Below, piece after piece: positions 18,246-28,134 of a stretch of 64,000 nucleotides of DNA. A program made the translations under genes and the position numbers. This DNA comes from Chitinophaga sp. GTDB taxonomy: Bacteria > Bacteroidota > Bacteroidia > Chitinophagales > Chitinophagaceae. Each line of letters starts with the position of its first letter. Position 1 is the first letter of the stretch. The stretch is from positions 12,766 to 76,765 of the forward strand of contig NZ_DATLKJ010000155.1 in NCBI RefSeq assembly GCF_035538455.1. The letters run 5' to 3'. The notes beneath the pieces were generated by a model. The model had not been told where the DNA came from, ran no database searches, and saw only the letters and a list, made by a program, of their open reading frames with translations.

Positions 18246-21200
18246 ATGAAGAAATATTTTACGCAGCTGCCATTATCGAGAAAGCTGCTGTTGATAGCTG
18301 TTGTGCCACTTATTTGCCTTATTTATTTCTGCATCCTTGTTTTTGACAAGCAGAATGAGAATATCCGAAGTATCGATTACCTGCAACAGCAGGTGAAGTA
18401 TTCCGACAATGTAATGGCGGTGGCAGATGCCATACACCTGGAACGGCGCTACAGTATGAATTTTATACTGGGATCGGGTTCTAAGGAGGATATGTTGGTA
18501 CACCGGGCTAAAACCGATATGGCCATTGAAGGGGTGAAGAATAATCTCCTGACGCCGGGCAGCCGTTTCCTGCAATACTCCATGCTCAACACCCTGCCCG
18601 TCAAGCGGAAACGTATTGATCTGCATGAAATAAAAGAACAGGATGTGCTGACGTATTACTCTGATATTATCTTCCGGCTGAATAATATGGCCAGGGTGGA
18701 TACACCGGATGTCACCACACCTGAAACACTACAGCAGGATCTTTCGTCCGAATATCTGCTGGCTGGAATGTCCACATATCTGGGTATTGTGCGCATGGAG
18801 TTGTATTACTTTATGCTGAGAGGAGATAAGACAGATGTAGGTTATGAGGACATGGAGAATCACTACAACATGTATCAGGCACTGCTCAGCGAGTATGAGG
18901 ACGTATCTACCACATTTCTCAGAAAAAGGTTCAGCAAAATTGAGCACAATACAACATATAGTGCTACCATTAAACTGATCAGCGACGTGTTAAGGGAAAA
19001 GCGCATCAATACAACGCTTAAAGCAGATGAATGGTGGAATACTTCGTCGCATGCTGTGGATTTGCTGAAGGAGCTGCAACATCAGACTTCAGCGTCCATC
19101 AGCAAAGATGCTAATACTGTGGCCAGGAGAGAGCGTTTGCGAAGGGATGAATATGTAGTGATTTTGATACTGATCATATTGGTGGTAATTGCTATTGTGT
19201 GGTTGACTATCAGGTCTATTACGGGCAGTCTCAATATACTCAGGGATGCTGCGGGAAAGATCTCCAAAGGGATGACAGGTATCGATCCGGGAATACAGAG
19301 CAAAGATGCCATTGGCAGTCTGGCGGCGTCTTTCGTGGAAGTGGACAGAACCAGCCAGCAGCTGGCTCTTGCGGCAGACAATATTGGCAAGGGGAATTTT
19401 CATATCAGTGTAAAACCGCGCAGTGAAGAAGATGTATTGGGGAATGCTATTGTACATATGGCGGCAGACCTGGAAGTGTTTCGTAAGAATGATGAAAGAA
19501 AGATATGGGTGCAGACAGGATTGAACCGGGTCAGCGAAATATTGCTGGGAGAGAAGCACCTGTCTTCACTTACCAACGATGCACTCACCACGGTGATGCA
19601 ATATACCGGTGCCCAGACCGGAGTATTGTATCTCAATGAGACCGATGGATTACATTTTTCTGCGGGGTATGCATTGCCGATAGAGCATCCGGCGCCAGAG
19701 AAGATCCCGGCTGGCAAAACGCTCCTTGGACAGGCTGCACAGCAGCAGGAGATCATCCGCCTGGAAGGCACGCCGGATGGATTCCTGCACGTTGGGGGAG
19801 GCATTACGTCCGGTAAACCGGGGTACGTGCTCGTGATCCCGCTGATACACGCTGGTATTACTGAAGGTGTGATAGAAATGGGCGCGCTGTTTCCATTGGG
19901 AGATAACGTTATCGAATACACGAAGCAGGCGGCGGTGCATATTGCCATCGCTATACAAAGTACGCGCAGCAGGAGCCGGTTGCAGGAACTGCTGGAAGAA
20001 ACCCAGGCACAGGCAGAAGAACTACAGGTACAGCACAGCGAACTGGAAAGCCTCAATGTGGAACTGGAAGCGCAGACGCAGAAGTTGCAGGTATCTGAAG
20101 AAGAGCTGAAAGTGCAGCAGGAAGAGCTGATGCAGTCGAACACTGAACTGGAAGAAAGGGCAAGATTACTGGAAGACAAGAATCAGGTGATACTGGACCG
20201 TAATCTTGAAATACGACGCAAGGCAGATGAGCTGGCAGCCAGCACCCGTTATAAATCAGAGTTTCTGGCGAATATGTCGCATGAGCTGCGGACACCACTC
20301 AACTCCATCTTGCTGCTGTCCCGCCTGCTGGCAGAGAATGCAGAACAAAATCTCAGTAACGATCAGCAGGAATATGCAAAGGTGATTAATAACTCAGGAA
20401 AGGGTTTACTGACACTGATAGACGAAATACTGGATCTCTCGAAAGTGGAATCCGGGAAGATGGAACTGGAATATGAGAAGGTGAGTATTCCTAATATAGT
20501 GTCCAATATGCAGGAGTTGTTTGAGCCGGTGGCGAAAGATAAAGGACTATCGCTGTTGCAAGAGATAGAACCTGGCACCCCTGCGGTAATAGAAACTGAC
20601 CAGAACAGGTTGGAGCAGGTATTGAAGAACATGCTGTCGAATGCCCTGAAATTCACTTCCCGCGGCGCTGTGACGTTGAAAGTACAGCATGGAAATACAC
20701 CGGGCACTATCCGTTTTGTGGTGAAAGATACGGGGATTGGTATCCCGGAAGACAAGCAGCAGGTGATATTTGAGGCGTTTCAGCAGGCCGATGGCTCCAC
20801 ACGCCGGAAGTATGGAGGCACCGGCCTGGGGCTTTCCATCAGCCGTGAACTTGCCCGATTGCTGGGTGGTAGCATACAGCTGACCAGCCGTGTGAATGAA
20901 GGCAGTGAATTCTCTATAACCATACCAGCAACGCGAGGTGAAATAGTACGGGACCCTGCAACAACGCAACCAGAACGTGTACCTGTTGCAACACCGGACG
21001 TAAGTTATCTTTCGACTATTATCCCGGCAGAGCTCAATGACGACAGGAATGAGATCCGGAGAGGGGATGAAGCGATTCTCATTGTGGAAGACGATACATA
21101 TTTTGCTGCCACCCTGCTTAACTTCACACGCCAGCGAGGATACAAGGGGATCGTCAGTGTACGCGGCGACCTTGCAGGCGACCTCGCCCGCAAATACAGG

Positions 21201-22247
21201 CCGGTAGCGATACTCCTTGATATACAACTGCCGGTAAAAGATGGCTGGCAGGTTATGGAGGAGCTCAAGAGCGACCCCGCTACCAAATCCATACCAGTGC
21301 ATATTATGTCTTCTCTGGAAGTGAAGAAGGAAAGCCTTATTAAGGGCGCGGTGGACTTTATCAGCAAGCCGGCAACGATAGAGAATATCCAGCTGATTTT
21401 TGAGAAGCTGGAGTTTGTATTGCACCGCGCTACCAGGAAAGTGCTGATACTCGAAGAAAATACCCGTCATGCACGTGCACTGGCTTACTTCCTGGAGAGC
21501 TATCAGGTGAATGCGGAGATCAGTCATGCAGCAGGGGATACTATTTATCTGCTGCAACAACCGGATGTGGATTGTGTGATCCTGGATATGGATATGTCTG
21601 AACAGGAAGCGCCAGAAACCTTGGAAAAGGTGAAGTCCGTGAAAGGATTGGAGAACCTGCCTGTGATCATCTTCACCGGTAAAACACTCACCAGACCTGA
21701 AGAACAACGCCTGCGCCAATATGCGGACTCTATTGTGGTGAAAACCGCGCATTCCTATCAACGCATCCTGGATGAAGTGTCGTTGTTCCTGCACCTGGTG
21801 TCGGAGCAGGCGGTAGCTGCACAGAACGGCAATGGGAAAATGGCCATGCTCAACGAAGTGCTGAAAGATAAAACAGTGCTGTTGGCAGACGATGACGTGC
21901 GGAATATTTATTCGCTTACACGGGCACTGGAAAAACATCAGATGAAGGTGCTGCCCGCAACAGACGGAAACGAAGCGTTGCAACAGTTGAAAGAGAACCC
22001 GGTGGATATTGTATTGATGGATATGATGATGCCGGAAATGGATGGCTATGACGCCATCGCAGCTATACGCGCCCAGCCGCAACTGGCGCAGCTTCCTGTT
22101 ATTGCTGTAACGGCAAGGGCAATGACCGGCGACCGCGAGAAGTGTTTGCTGGCCGGCGCCTCTGATTATATTTCCAAGCCAGTGGACGTTGACCAGTTAC
22201 TCTCTTTATTACGGGTATGGTTATACGATAAATCAATGAAAATGTAA
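18246..22247 (+). CDS. hybrid sensor histidine kinase: TM-NIT-like periplasmic domain-TM-HAMP-GAF-coiled coil-HisKA-HATPase-REC-REC(atypical)-REC
   Basis: 1333 aa with H-box MSHELRTPLN (H679), N-box LSNALKFT and G-boxes DTGIGI / GGTGLGLSI. The three receiver modules are ILIVEDD..LLDIQLP..ISKP, LILEEN..ILDMDM..VVKT and VLLADDD..LMDMMMP..ISKP. Confidence 0.9.
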   Translation: MKKYFTQLPLSRKLLLIAVVPLICLIYFCILVFDKQNENIRSIDYLQQQVKYSDNVMAVADAIHLERRYSMNFILGSGSKEDMLVHRAKTDMAIEGVKNNLLTPGSRFLQYSMLNTLPVKRKRIDLHEIKEQDVLTYYSDIIFRLNNMARVDTPDVTTPETLQQDLSSEYLLAGMSTYLGIVRMELYYFMLRGDKTDVGYEDMENHYNMYQALLSEYEDVSTTFLRKRFSKIEHNTTYSATIKLISDVLREKRINTTLKADEWWNTSSHAVDLLKELQHQTSASISKDANTVARRERLRRDEYVVILILIILVVIAIVWLTIRSITGSLNILRDAAGKISKGMTGIDPGIQSKDAIGSLAASFVEVDRTSQQLALAADNIGKGNFHISVKPRSEEDVLGNAIVHMAADLEVFRKNDERKIWVQTGLNRVSEILLGEKHLSSLTNDALTTVMQYTGAQTGVLYLNETDGLHFSAGYALPIEHPAPEKIPAGKTLLGQAAQQQEIIRLEGTPDGFLHVGGGITSGKPGYVLVIPLIHAGITEGVIEMGALFPLGDNVIEYTKQAAVHIAIAIQSTRSRSRLQELLEETQAQAEELQVQHSELESLNVELEAQTQKLQVSEEELKVQQEELMQSNTELEERARLLEDKNQVILDRNLEIRRKADELAASTRYKSEFLANMSHELRTPLNSILLLSRLLAENAEQNLSNDQQEYAKVINNSGKGLLTLIDEILDLSKVESGKMELEYEKVSIPNIVSNMQELFEPVAKDKGLSLLQEIEPGTPAVIETDQNRLEQVLKNMLSNALKFTSRGAVTLKVQHGNTPGTIRFVVKDTGIGIPEDKQQVIFEAFQQADGSTRRKYGGTGLGLSISRELARLLGGSIQLTSRVNEGSEFSITIPATRGEIVRDPATTQPERVPVATPDVSYLSTIIPAELNDDRNEIRRGDEAILIVEDDTYFAATLLNFTRQRGYKGIVSVRGDLAGDLARKYRPVAILLDIQLPVKDGWQVMEELKSDPATKSIPVHIMSSLEVKKESLIKGAVDFISKPATIENIQLIFEKLEFVLHRATRKVLILEENTRHARALAYFLESYQVNAEISHAAGDTIYLLQQPDVDCVILDMDMSEQEAPETLEKVKSVKGLENLPVIIFTGKTLTRPEEQRLRQYADSIVVKTAHSYQRILDEVSLFLHLVSEQAVAAQNGNGKMAMLNEVLKDKTVLLADDDVRNIYSLTRALEKHQMKVLPATDGNEALQQLKENPVDIVLMDMMMPEMDGYDAIAAIRAQPQLAQLPVIAVTARAMTGDREKCLLAGASDYISKPVDVDQLLSLLRVWLYDKSMKM

Positions 22248-23071
22248 TGAAGCATCACATTGATGAAAAAGAAGTAAATCTGTTGTTGAACGACGTAGCT
22301 GGGAAGTATGGCTACGACTTCACGGAATATGCACCTGCATCCATTAGCAGGCGGGTGAATCATCTTTTCCAGGCGGACCGGTTTCCGAGTTTTGCGGAGT
22401 TTCGCTATCGTATCGTCTCAGATCCTGAGTATGCTATGCGTTTTGTGGAAGAGATCACGGTGAATGTGACGGAAATGTTCAGAGATCCGCATTTCTACAG
22501 TGCGTTGCGTCAGGAAGTGTTGCCGGTACTGGCAACGTATCCACACATACGCATCTGGCATGCAGGCTGCTCTACGGGAGAAGAAGTATATTCATTTGCC
22601 ATATTGCTGAAGGAGGCTAACCTGCTGCATAAATCAGTGATATACGCAACAGATATTAACACCAGCGTATTGGAGAAGGGGCGGAAGGGCATCTTCCCCA
22701 TTTCACAGATGCAGCAATATTCACGCAATTATATGGAGGCAGGTGGATTACAGGACTTTTCGTCTTACTATACGGCCAATTATGATTACGTCAAATTCAG
22801 GGAAGAACTGGCGGAAAAGATCGTGTTTTCTCCCCATAATCTTGTTACTGACGGCTCTTTTAACGAATTTCAGCTGATCATCTGCCGGAATGTATTGATT
22901 TACTTCAACAGATCCCTGCAGGACAAAGTACTGCATCTTTTCTACGATAGTCTGGAACCCCTTGGGTTCCTTGCGCTTGGAAGCAAGGAATCCCTTAACT
23001 TCACAAGCGTAGCACAGAAGTTCAGGCAGTTGGGAAACCGGGAAAAAATATGGCGGAAAAATCACCTCTGA
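22247..23071 (+). CDS. cheR: CheR-type protein-glutamate O-methyltransferase
   Basis: 274 aa with the SAM-binding region IWHAGCSTGEEVYSFAILL and CheR-typical ends. Its start overlaps the kinase stop (TAATG). Confidence 0.85.
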   Translation: MKHHIDEKEVNLLLNDVAGKYGYDFTEYAPASISRRVNHLFQADRFPSFAEFRYRIVSDPEYAMRFVEEITVNVTEMFRDPHFYSALRQEVLPVLATYPHIRIWHAGCSTGEEVYSFAILLKEANLLHKSVIYATDINTSVLEKGRKGIFPISQMQQYSRNYMEAGGLQDFSSYYTANYDYVKFREELAEKIVFSPHNLVTDGSFNEFQLIICRNVLIYFNRSLQDKVLHLFYDSLEPLGFLALGSKESLNFTSVAQKFRQLGNREKIWRKNHL

Positions 23072-23090
23072 CTAAATTGAAATAGTAATA

Positions 23091-23669
23091 ATGACAGCTT
23101 CCCGTCTGATAGTGATAGGCGGTTCTGCAGGAGGGCTGCAGACTATATTGACCATGCTGCCTGCGCTGGATCCACAGCTCAGGGCCGCTATTATTATTGT
23201 ATTGCACCGGTATAACCAGCCTCAGTCAATGTTGGAAGATGTTCTTGCTGCGAAAACGAATCTGTCGGTAAAAGAAGCTGAAGAAAAAGAGCCACTGATG
23301 CCGGGAGTAATCTATGTTGCCCCGGCAGATTATCATTTACTGATCGAAAGAGATCATACACTGTCACTTGACTATTCGGAGAAGGTGCACTTTTGCCGTC
23401 CCAGTATAGACGTCACCTTTTCTTCCGCTGCTGCGGCCTATGGCCCGGATCTTACAGCCCTGCTGCTGTCCGGAGCCAATGATGACGGTGTGGAAGGATT
23501 GGTGGACGTGCATGATGCCGGCGGCATTACTATTGTGCAGACTCCGGATACCGCCCTGGTTGATTTTATGCCACGGCAGGCCATTGGTTCGGCGCCCGTA
23601 GATCACATACTGGACGCGCGTGAAATGGCTGTTTTTGTAAATACATTCAGTAACGGACCCGGAATATAA
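23091..23669 (+). CDS. cheB: CheB-type protein-glutamate methylesterase, catalytic domain only (no receiver)
   Basis: 192 aa with VIGGSAGGLQ (nucleophile Ser region), VLHR and LLSGANDDGVEG motifs typical of the CheB methylesterase domain. Confidence 0.8.
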   Translation: MTASRLIVIGGSAGGLQTILTMLPALDPQLRAAIIIVLHRYNQPQSMLEDVLAAKTNLSVKEAEEKEPLMPGVIYVAPADYHLLIERDHTLSLDYSEKVHFCRPSIDVTFSSAAAAYGPDLTALLLSGANDDGVEGLVDVHDAGGITIVQTPDTALVDFMPRQAIGSAPVDHILDAREMAVFVNTFSNGPGI

Positions 23670-23749
23670 ACCAACTTTTGGAGGCCGTCCTTTGGAGATG
23701 ACAGCCTGTATTGATTTGTAGCTGACTATGTTTACCCTGGAAAATTTTA

Positions 23750-25324
23750 TTGTGTATGATTTTAGTTGTAGATGATAAGCAGGAGAATATTCTTTCGATA
23801 AGAAAAACACTCGAGCAATATAACTTTGATGTAGATACGGCTACATCTGGTGAAGAAGCACTGAAGAAAATACTGAAGCACAGCTATACCCTGATCATCC
23901 TGGACGTACAGATGCCCAGTATGGATGGGTTTGAAGTAGCAGAGGCTATTTCCGGTTACAGCAAGGCAAGCGATATTCCTATCATTTTCCTGTCGGCAGT
24001 AAACAAAGACAAGCGTTTTATTGTGAAAGGATACGACTCCGGCGGTATGGACTACCTTACCAAACCGATAGATCCCGATGTGCTGTTGATGAAAGTGAAA
24101 ACCTTCTCCCGTTTGTATGAGCAATCCAAGCAGCTACAACAGATGCATCACTCGCTGAGTGAGGAGGTGGAAGTCCGTAAGCAGGCCGAAGCCGCTCTCA
24201 GCGAAAAGGTGAACGAACTGCGCACCACACTCGAAGCCTTACCACAGATAGCCTTCACACTCACAGTGGATGGCCGTATTGAATATGCCAACCGCTACTG
24301 GTTTAAGTATGCGGACGATATTCATTCATTTCCCGAGACATTGCCCATGGATAAAAGCATGGATGCATATCTGCATGAAACGCTGCGGACGGGCCAACCG
24401 CTGGAGAAAGAAGTATACCTCAAAGACAACGTAGAGAATAATTACCGCTGTCACCTGTTGCGCGTAATACCTGTAAAGGATAATAACGGTATTGTAAAAT
24501 GGATTGGTACGTTCACCGACATCGCCTATCAGAAGCAGGCCAACGAAATACTGGAGCAAAAAGTAAAAGAGAGAACAGAAGAGCTGGTAGAGATCAACAA
24601 ATCTTTGGAAGCGAGTAATCATGATCTGCAACAGTTCGCATCTGTAGCATCACATGATCTGAAAGAGCCATTACGTAAGATTCAGTTATTTGGCGCCATC
24701 ATCCGGGATAAGTTTCTGAAGGCAGATCCGCAGGCCCTGTCATACATGGAGCGGATTGTCAGCTCATCTGAGCGCATGGCGCGGCTTATCAACGATCTGC
24801 TTAACTACTCACGTCTTTCTGTAGGCGGCAGCTTCGCATTGACAGATCTGAATGAAGTAGTCCATGAAATACTCAGTGACCTGGAACTGACGATTTCAGA
24901 AAAGGAAGCACAGATTTACGTAGGACCGCTGCTCAGTGTGGACGTAATACCAGGTCAGATCAGGCAGGTATTTCAGAATATTATCAGCAATGCGTTGAAG
25001 TTTATCCGAAGGAATGTACCACCGGAAATCAGTATTACGGCAGAGCGGATAGCAGAGAAGTTTGCAGAGAGCGAAGCCCACCCAGATGGTGAATACTGCC
25101 GGATCATAGTCCGCGACAATGGCATAGGGTTCAATGAAAAGTATCTCTATAAAATATTCACCATCTTCCAAAGACTGCATGCAGCAGAGCTATATGAGGG
25201 AACGGGGATTGGATTAGCCATAGCCAAGAAGGTGATAGACAAACACCAGGGAATCATTACGGCGCGTAGTGTGGAAGGAGAGGGGGCTTCGTTTATAATT
25301 ATCTTGCCGATGGTACAGCAATAA
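23750..25324 (+). CDS. response regulator-PAS-histidine kinase (REC-coiled coil-PAS-HisKA-HATPase)
   Basis: Receiver ILVVDDKQEN..ILDVQMP..LTKP, H-box ASHDLKEPLRKI and G2 box GTGIGLAIAKK. The true start could be the ATG at 23756. Confidence 0.85.
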   Translation: MCMILVVDDKQENILSIRKTLEQYNFDVDTATSGEEALKKILKHSYTLIILDVQMPSMDGFEVAEAISGYSKASDIPIIFLSAVNKDKRFIVKGYDSGGMDYLTKPIDPDVLLMKVKTFSRLYEQSKQLQQMHHSLSEEVEVRKQAEAALSEKVNELRTTLEALPQIAFTLTVDGRIEYANRYWFKYADDIHSFPETLPMDKSMDAYLHETLRTGQPLEKEVYLKDNVENNYRCHLLRVIPVKDNNGIVKWIGTFTDIAYQKQANEILEQKVKERTEELVEINKSLEASNHDLQQFASVASHDLKEPLRKIQLFGAIIRDKFLKADPQALSYMERIVSSSERMARLINDLLNYSRLSVGGSFALTDLNEVVHEILSDLELTISEKEAQIYVGPLLSVDVIPGQIRQVFQNIISNALKFIRRNVPPEISITAERIAEKFAESEAHPDGEYCRIIVRDNGIGFNEKYLYKIFTIFQRLHAAELYEGTGIGLAIAKKVIDKHQGIITARSVEGEGASFIIILPMVQQ

Positions 25325-25358
25325 ATACAGTTCATTTTATCAAAGTGCGCTTTTAACA

Positions 25359-25413
25359 GGGGGTTACCTGGGGGTTGACTGGGGGTTGACTGGGGGTTGA
25401 CTGGGCTTTGGTA
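25359..25413 (+). repeat. 11-bp tandem repeat (gggggttgact), about 4.5 copies
   Basis: Read directly from the sequence: gggggttacct gggggttgact gggggttgact gggggttgact gggctttggta. Confidence 0.9.
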
Positions 25414-25564
25414 TACCGTTGGTATGCCTTTGATGCCAATTGCGCGCTTTTAGTACCTATGAGAATCGAATGAGAAGCCTATGAAAGCATTGTGTTAAAT
25501 ACTTGGCGCCTTTAGACAATATTGGTAAATTTAGGTAAGACGTTGTTGTTTAAACCCTTATCCC

Positions 25565-26074
25565 ATGGCAAAGATAGATTTAGGTGAAGGTGTTAAGCCG
25601 CCGTTTATGGGTACTATTCAGCATCTTTGCATCTACGAGATGCATGGGAAATATTATATACGCCTGAAGAGTTCCCTTACGGGTAAAAGGGTAAAGAAAG
25701 ACCCTGCCTTCCGCAGAACGATGGAGAATGCCGGGTTTCTCGCTGCTGCGTCTAAGATCGCATCCTGTGTATACCGTCAGCTTCCTCCGCAATATAGAAA
25801 ACATGTTTTGTACCGCCAGCTTACCGGTAAAGCTTTGCTTTTGTTAAGGGAGGGTAAGCATAGTGATGTTATTACCACTGAGCTAAAGAAAATGTGTCCG
25901 CAGGAGGCAACTGTAAAAGCCGTACGTAAACCCGTTATTCGTCGCAATCAGGCGCCTGCACTGTGGCGATATGGTAATATAGTACCCCGTTTTTTACACT
26001 GTACAAGGCCGGTTGATGTATTGAATCTTCCAACTAAGAAAGGGGCTCACCTACACAAGGTTGATGATACATAG
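25565..26074 (+). CDS. hypothetical basic protein (169 aa)
   Basis: ORF with normal composition. No family motif recognised. Confidence 0.45.
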   Translation: MAKIDLGEGVKPPFMGTIQHLCIYEMHGKYYIRLKSSLTGKRVKKDPAFRRTMENAGFLAAASKIASCVYRQLPPQYRKHVLYRQLTGKALLLLREGKHSDVITTELKKMCPQEATVKAVRKPVIRRNQAPALWRYGNIVPRFLHCTRPVDVLNLPTKKGAHLHKVDDT

Positions 26075-26349
26075 CTTTCTCTTTTACATCAGTACCTATC
26101 ATATGCCTTTCCATCCATAGAATAGCGCTATGGGATTCTACGATGCAGAGACATCTTGACTTCCGGAGGAGCATAATCACAATGAAAATAAAACTGCGGA
26201 CGGGTGGTTTTCGTTAATAATTTTAGGTAATTTGGCTGCCGGGGCCTACTGTATAAGTTATATGTTGTTATAGTTTAATGCTTTGTGGCAAGAATGGCCC
26301 AGCTGAAGTGGTATACCTACAATGACTACAACCTCCAAACATAACCGTT

Positions 26350-28134
26350 ATGCATATAGCCAAGATTGTGATAGCCATTATAAAAGCAGGCACTGAACAA
26401 TGCGAGCGGGAAGAAGATAAGAAGAGAATAAGAATCATTAACGCCCTATGCCTGACTACGGCGTCCGCAGCTATATTAATAGGTAGCCTCATTTATGTAT
26501 TTACCCGCGATTTGAGAATTGAGATTCCCGCAATATGTGAGGGGATGCTTTTTCTATCTGTTATTTTCTTTAATAAGTACAATCGGCATAATACAGCAAG
26601 TCTGTTTTTTATTTTGACCCATACTATATCAGCATTATACTTCGGTATTATTTTAGGTCAGCTTATAAATATTACACTGGTTGCTGTTTTTATTTTTGGC
26701 CTCTCTTTTCTTATCATCAGGTCGAAGCAATTATTAATCATAGCGATCTGTGCTATTGGATTGACTTTATTGCTGCTTGAAGTTAATTTTTATTATCAGA
26801 TATTTCAGCCTTTGCAACTATCACGTCAGAATCAATTTATATTAAGGTGGCTGGCCTTATTTGTACTTCTTGGTTTTGATGTATTTGGCGTATTGTTGAC
26901 CATACATTATATGAGAGAGAACCGTTTTCTTTATACCTCTCTAAAGGATTATTCAGAAAAGCTGGAGAAGTCGGTGAAGGAATTGGAGTTTGCAAATCTT
27001 TCAAAACGTGTATATCTCAGAGAAACCAGCCACGAAATACGTACCCCGTTGAATGCGGTGTTTGGCATATCTCAGCTCCTTGAGATGATTATGAATAAGG
27101 TATCAGATAATGGAAGTATAAGTCCTGCTGAATTGAGAGAAACTATTTCCCTGGTTGGGAGTTTGAACGCAGCGAGCTATTACACTCGTAATATTGTAAA
27201 CAATGTGTTGGAACTATCGACAATAGAAGCAGGAAAGCTAAATGGCGTTCAGAAGGTAGTCTTTCATCTGAGACCCTGGATTGAGAGTATTGTACAGATG
27301 CATGGATATATCGGGCAGGCAAAGGGGGTAAGAATAGCCCTAAATATTGATGAATCGACGAAGGGAGCATTATTGATCACCGACAAAATAAAACTGACCC
27401 AGATTGTTACAAACCTGTTGTCCAATGCAATAAAATTTTCACCGGAAGTAGGCGTGGTAACTATTGAACTATTTACAGGAGGAACAAACCTTTATCTGAA
27501 GGTTATTGATAACGGAGAGGGAATCAGTAAAGAAAAGCAACAGTCAATATTTCAGCCATTTGAAAGCGGGAAAAATGGATTTGTAGAAGGAACAGGGTTA
27601 GGGTTGTATATCGCGAAGTGCCTTGTAGAGCTGCTTAAAGGAACTATTACAGTGCGATCAGTCCTGGAAAGAGAAACTACCTTTGAAGTTTGTTTTCCGG
27701 AGGTTTTTGCAGATCCACTTGTTTATGTAGATGTACAGGGTGATGACAACACACCTCTATGCAGTTTACGAGAGAAGAAGATATTAATGATAGATGATGA
27801 TAAACTAGCCCGCACCTTGGTAAGTATGTACCTTACGGATGCGGGCAGTTATTTTATTCATGCGGAGAATGGTATTGAGGGAATAGAGAAGGCCCGTGTT
27901 GAGAAACCAGATCTGATTATTCTCGACTCACATATGCCCGGTATGTCGGGTAAGGAAACACTGATAAACATTCGTCATGACCAATTACTACATGATATTC
28001 CGGTAATTTTAGCATCCGGGGATGCCTATAAGGAAACACGGGACGAGATGTTAAATGCCGGAGCTGATGAGTTTCTAACCAAGCCGCTTAAATTCTCTGA
28101 ACTTCATAGGGCAATCAGTCAGTTTATGCGTTGA
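26350..28134 (+). CDS. membrane hybrid sensor histidine kinase/response regulator
   Basis: About 5-6 N-terminal TM helices, H-box TSHEIRTPLNAV, G2 box GTGLGLYIAK, and a C-terminal receiver ILMIDDD..ILDSHMPGMSG..LTKP. The exact start is uncertain. Confidence 0.85.
   Translation: MHIAKIVIAIIKAGTEQCEREEDKKRIRIINALCLTTASAAILIGSLIYVFTRDLRIEIPAICEGMLFLSVIFFNKYNRHNTASLFFILTHTISALYFGIILGQLINITLVAVFIFGLSFLIIRSKQLLIIAICAIGLTLLLLEVNFYYQIFQPLQLSRQNQFILRWLALFVLLGFDVFGVLLTIHYMRENRFLYTSLKDYSEKLEKSVKELEFANLSKRVYLRETSHEIRTPLNAVFGISQLLEMIMNKVSDNGSISPAELRETISLVGSLNAASYYTRNIVNNVLELSTIEAGKLNGVQKVVFHLRPWIESIVQMHGYIGQAKGVRIALNIDESTKGALLITDKIKLTQIVTNLLSNAIKFSPEVGVVTIELFTGGTNLYLKVIDNGEGISKEKQQSIFQPFESGKNGFVEGTGLGLYIAKCLVELLKGTITVRSVLERETTFEVCFPEVFADPLVYVDVQGDDNTPLCSLREKKILMIDDDKLARTLVSMYLTDAGSYFIHAENGIEGIEKARVEKPDLIILDSHMPGMSGKETLINIRHDQLLHDIPVILASGDAYKETRDEMLNAGADEFLTKPLKFSELHRAISQFMR

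Noticed and set aside
20547-22082. 511-aa ORF antisense to the hybrid kinase gene. Similar long antisense ORFs occur at 372..1040, 1625..2239, 13455..14471, 51401..52510 and 53618..54523.
   Set aside because: Each lies entirely inside a gene on the opposite strand that has clear family motifs. Their translations are low-complexity (Cys/His/Arg/Phe-rich) with no recognisable domains and no independent promoter or terminator signals. They are typical shadow ORFs.
25359-25413. Possible CRISPR array
   Set aside because: The unit is only 11 bp, the copies are contiguous with no spacers, and no cas genes are present. It is a simple tandem repeat. No CRISPR-like repeat-spacer structure was seen anywhere in the window.
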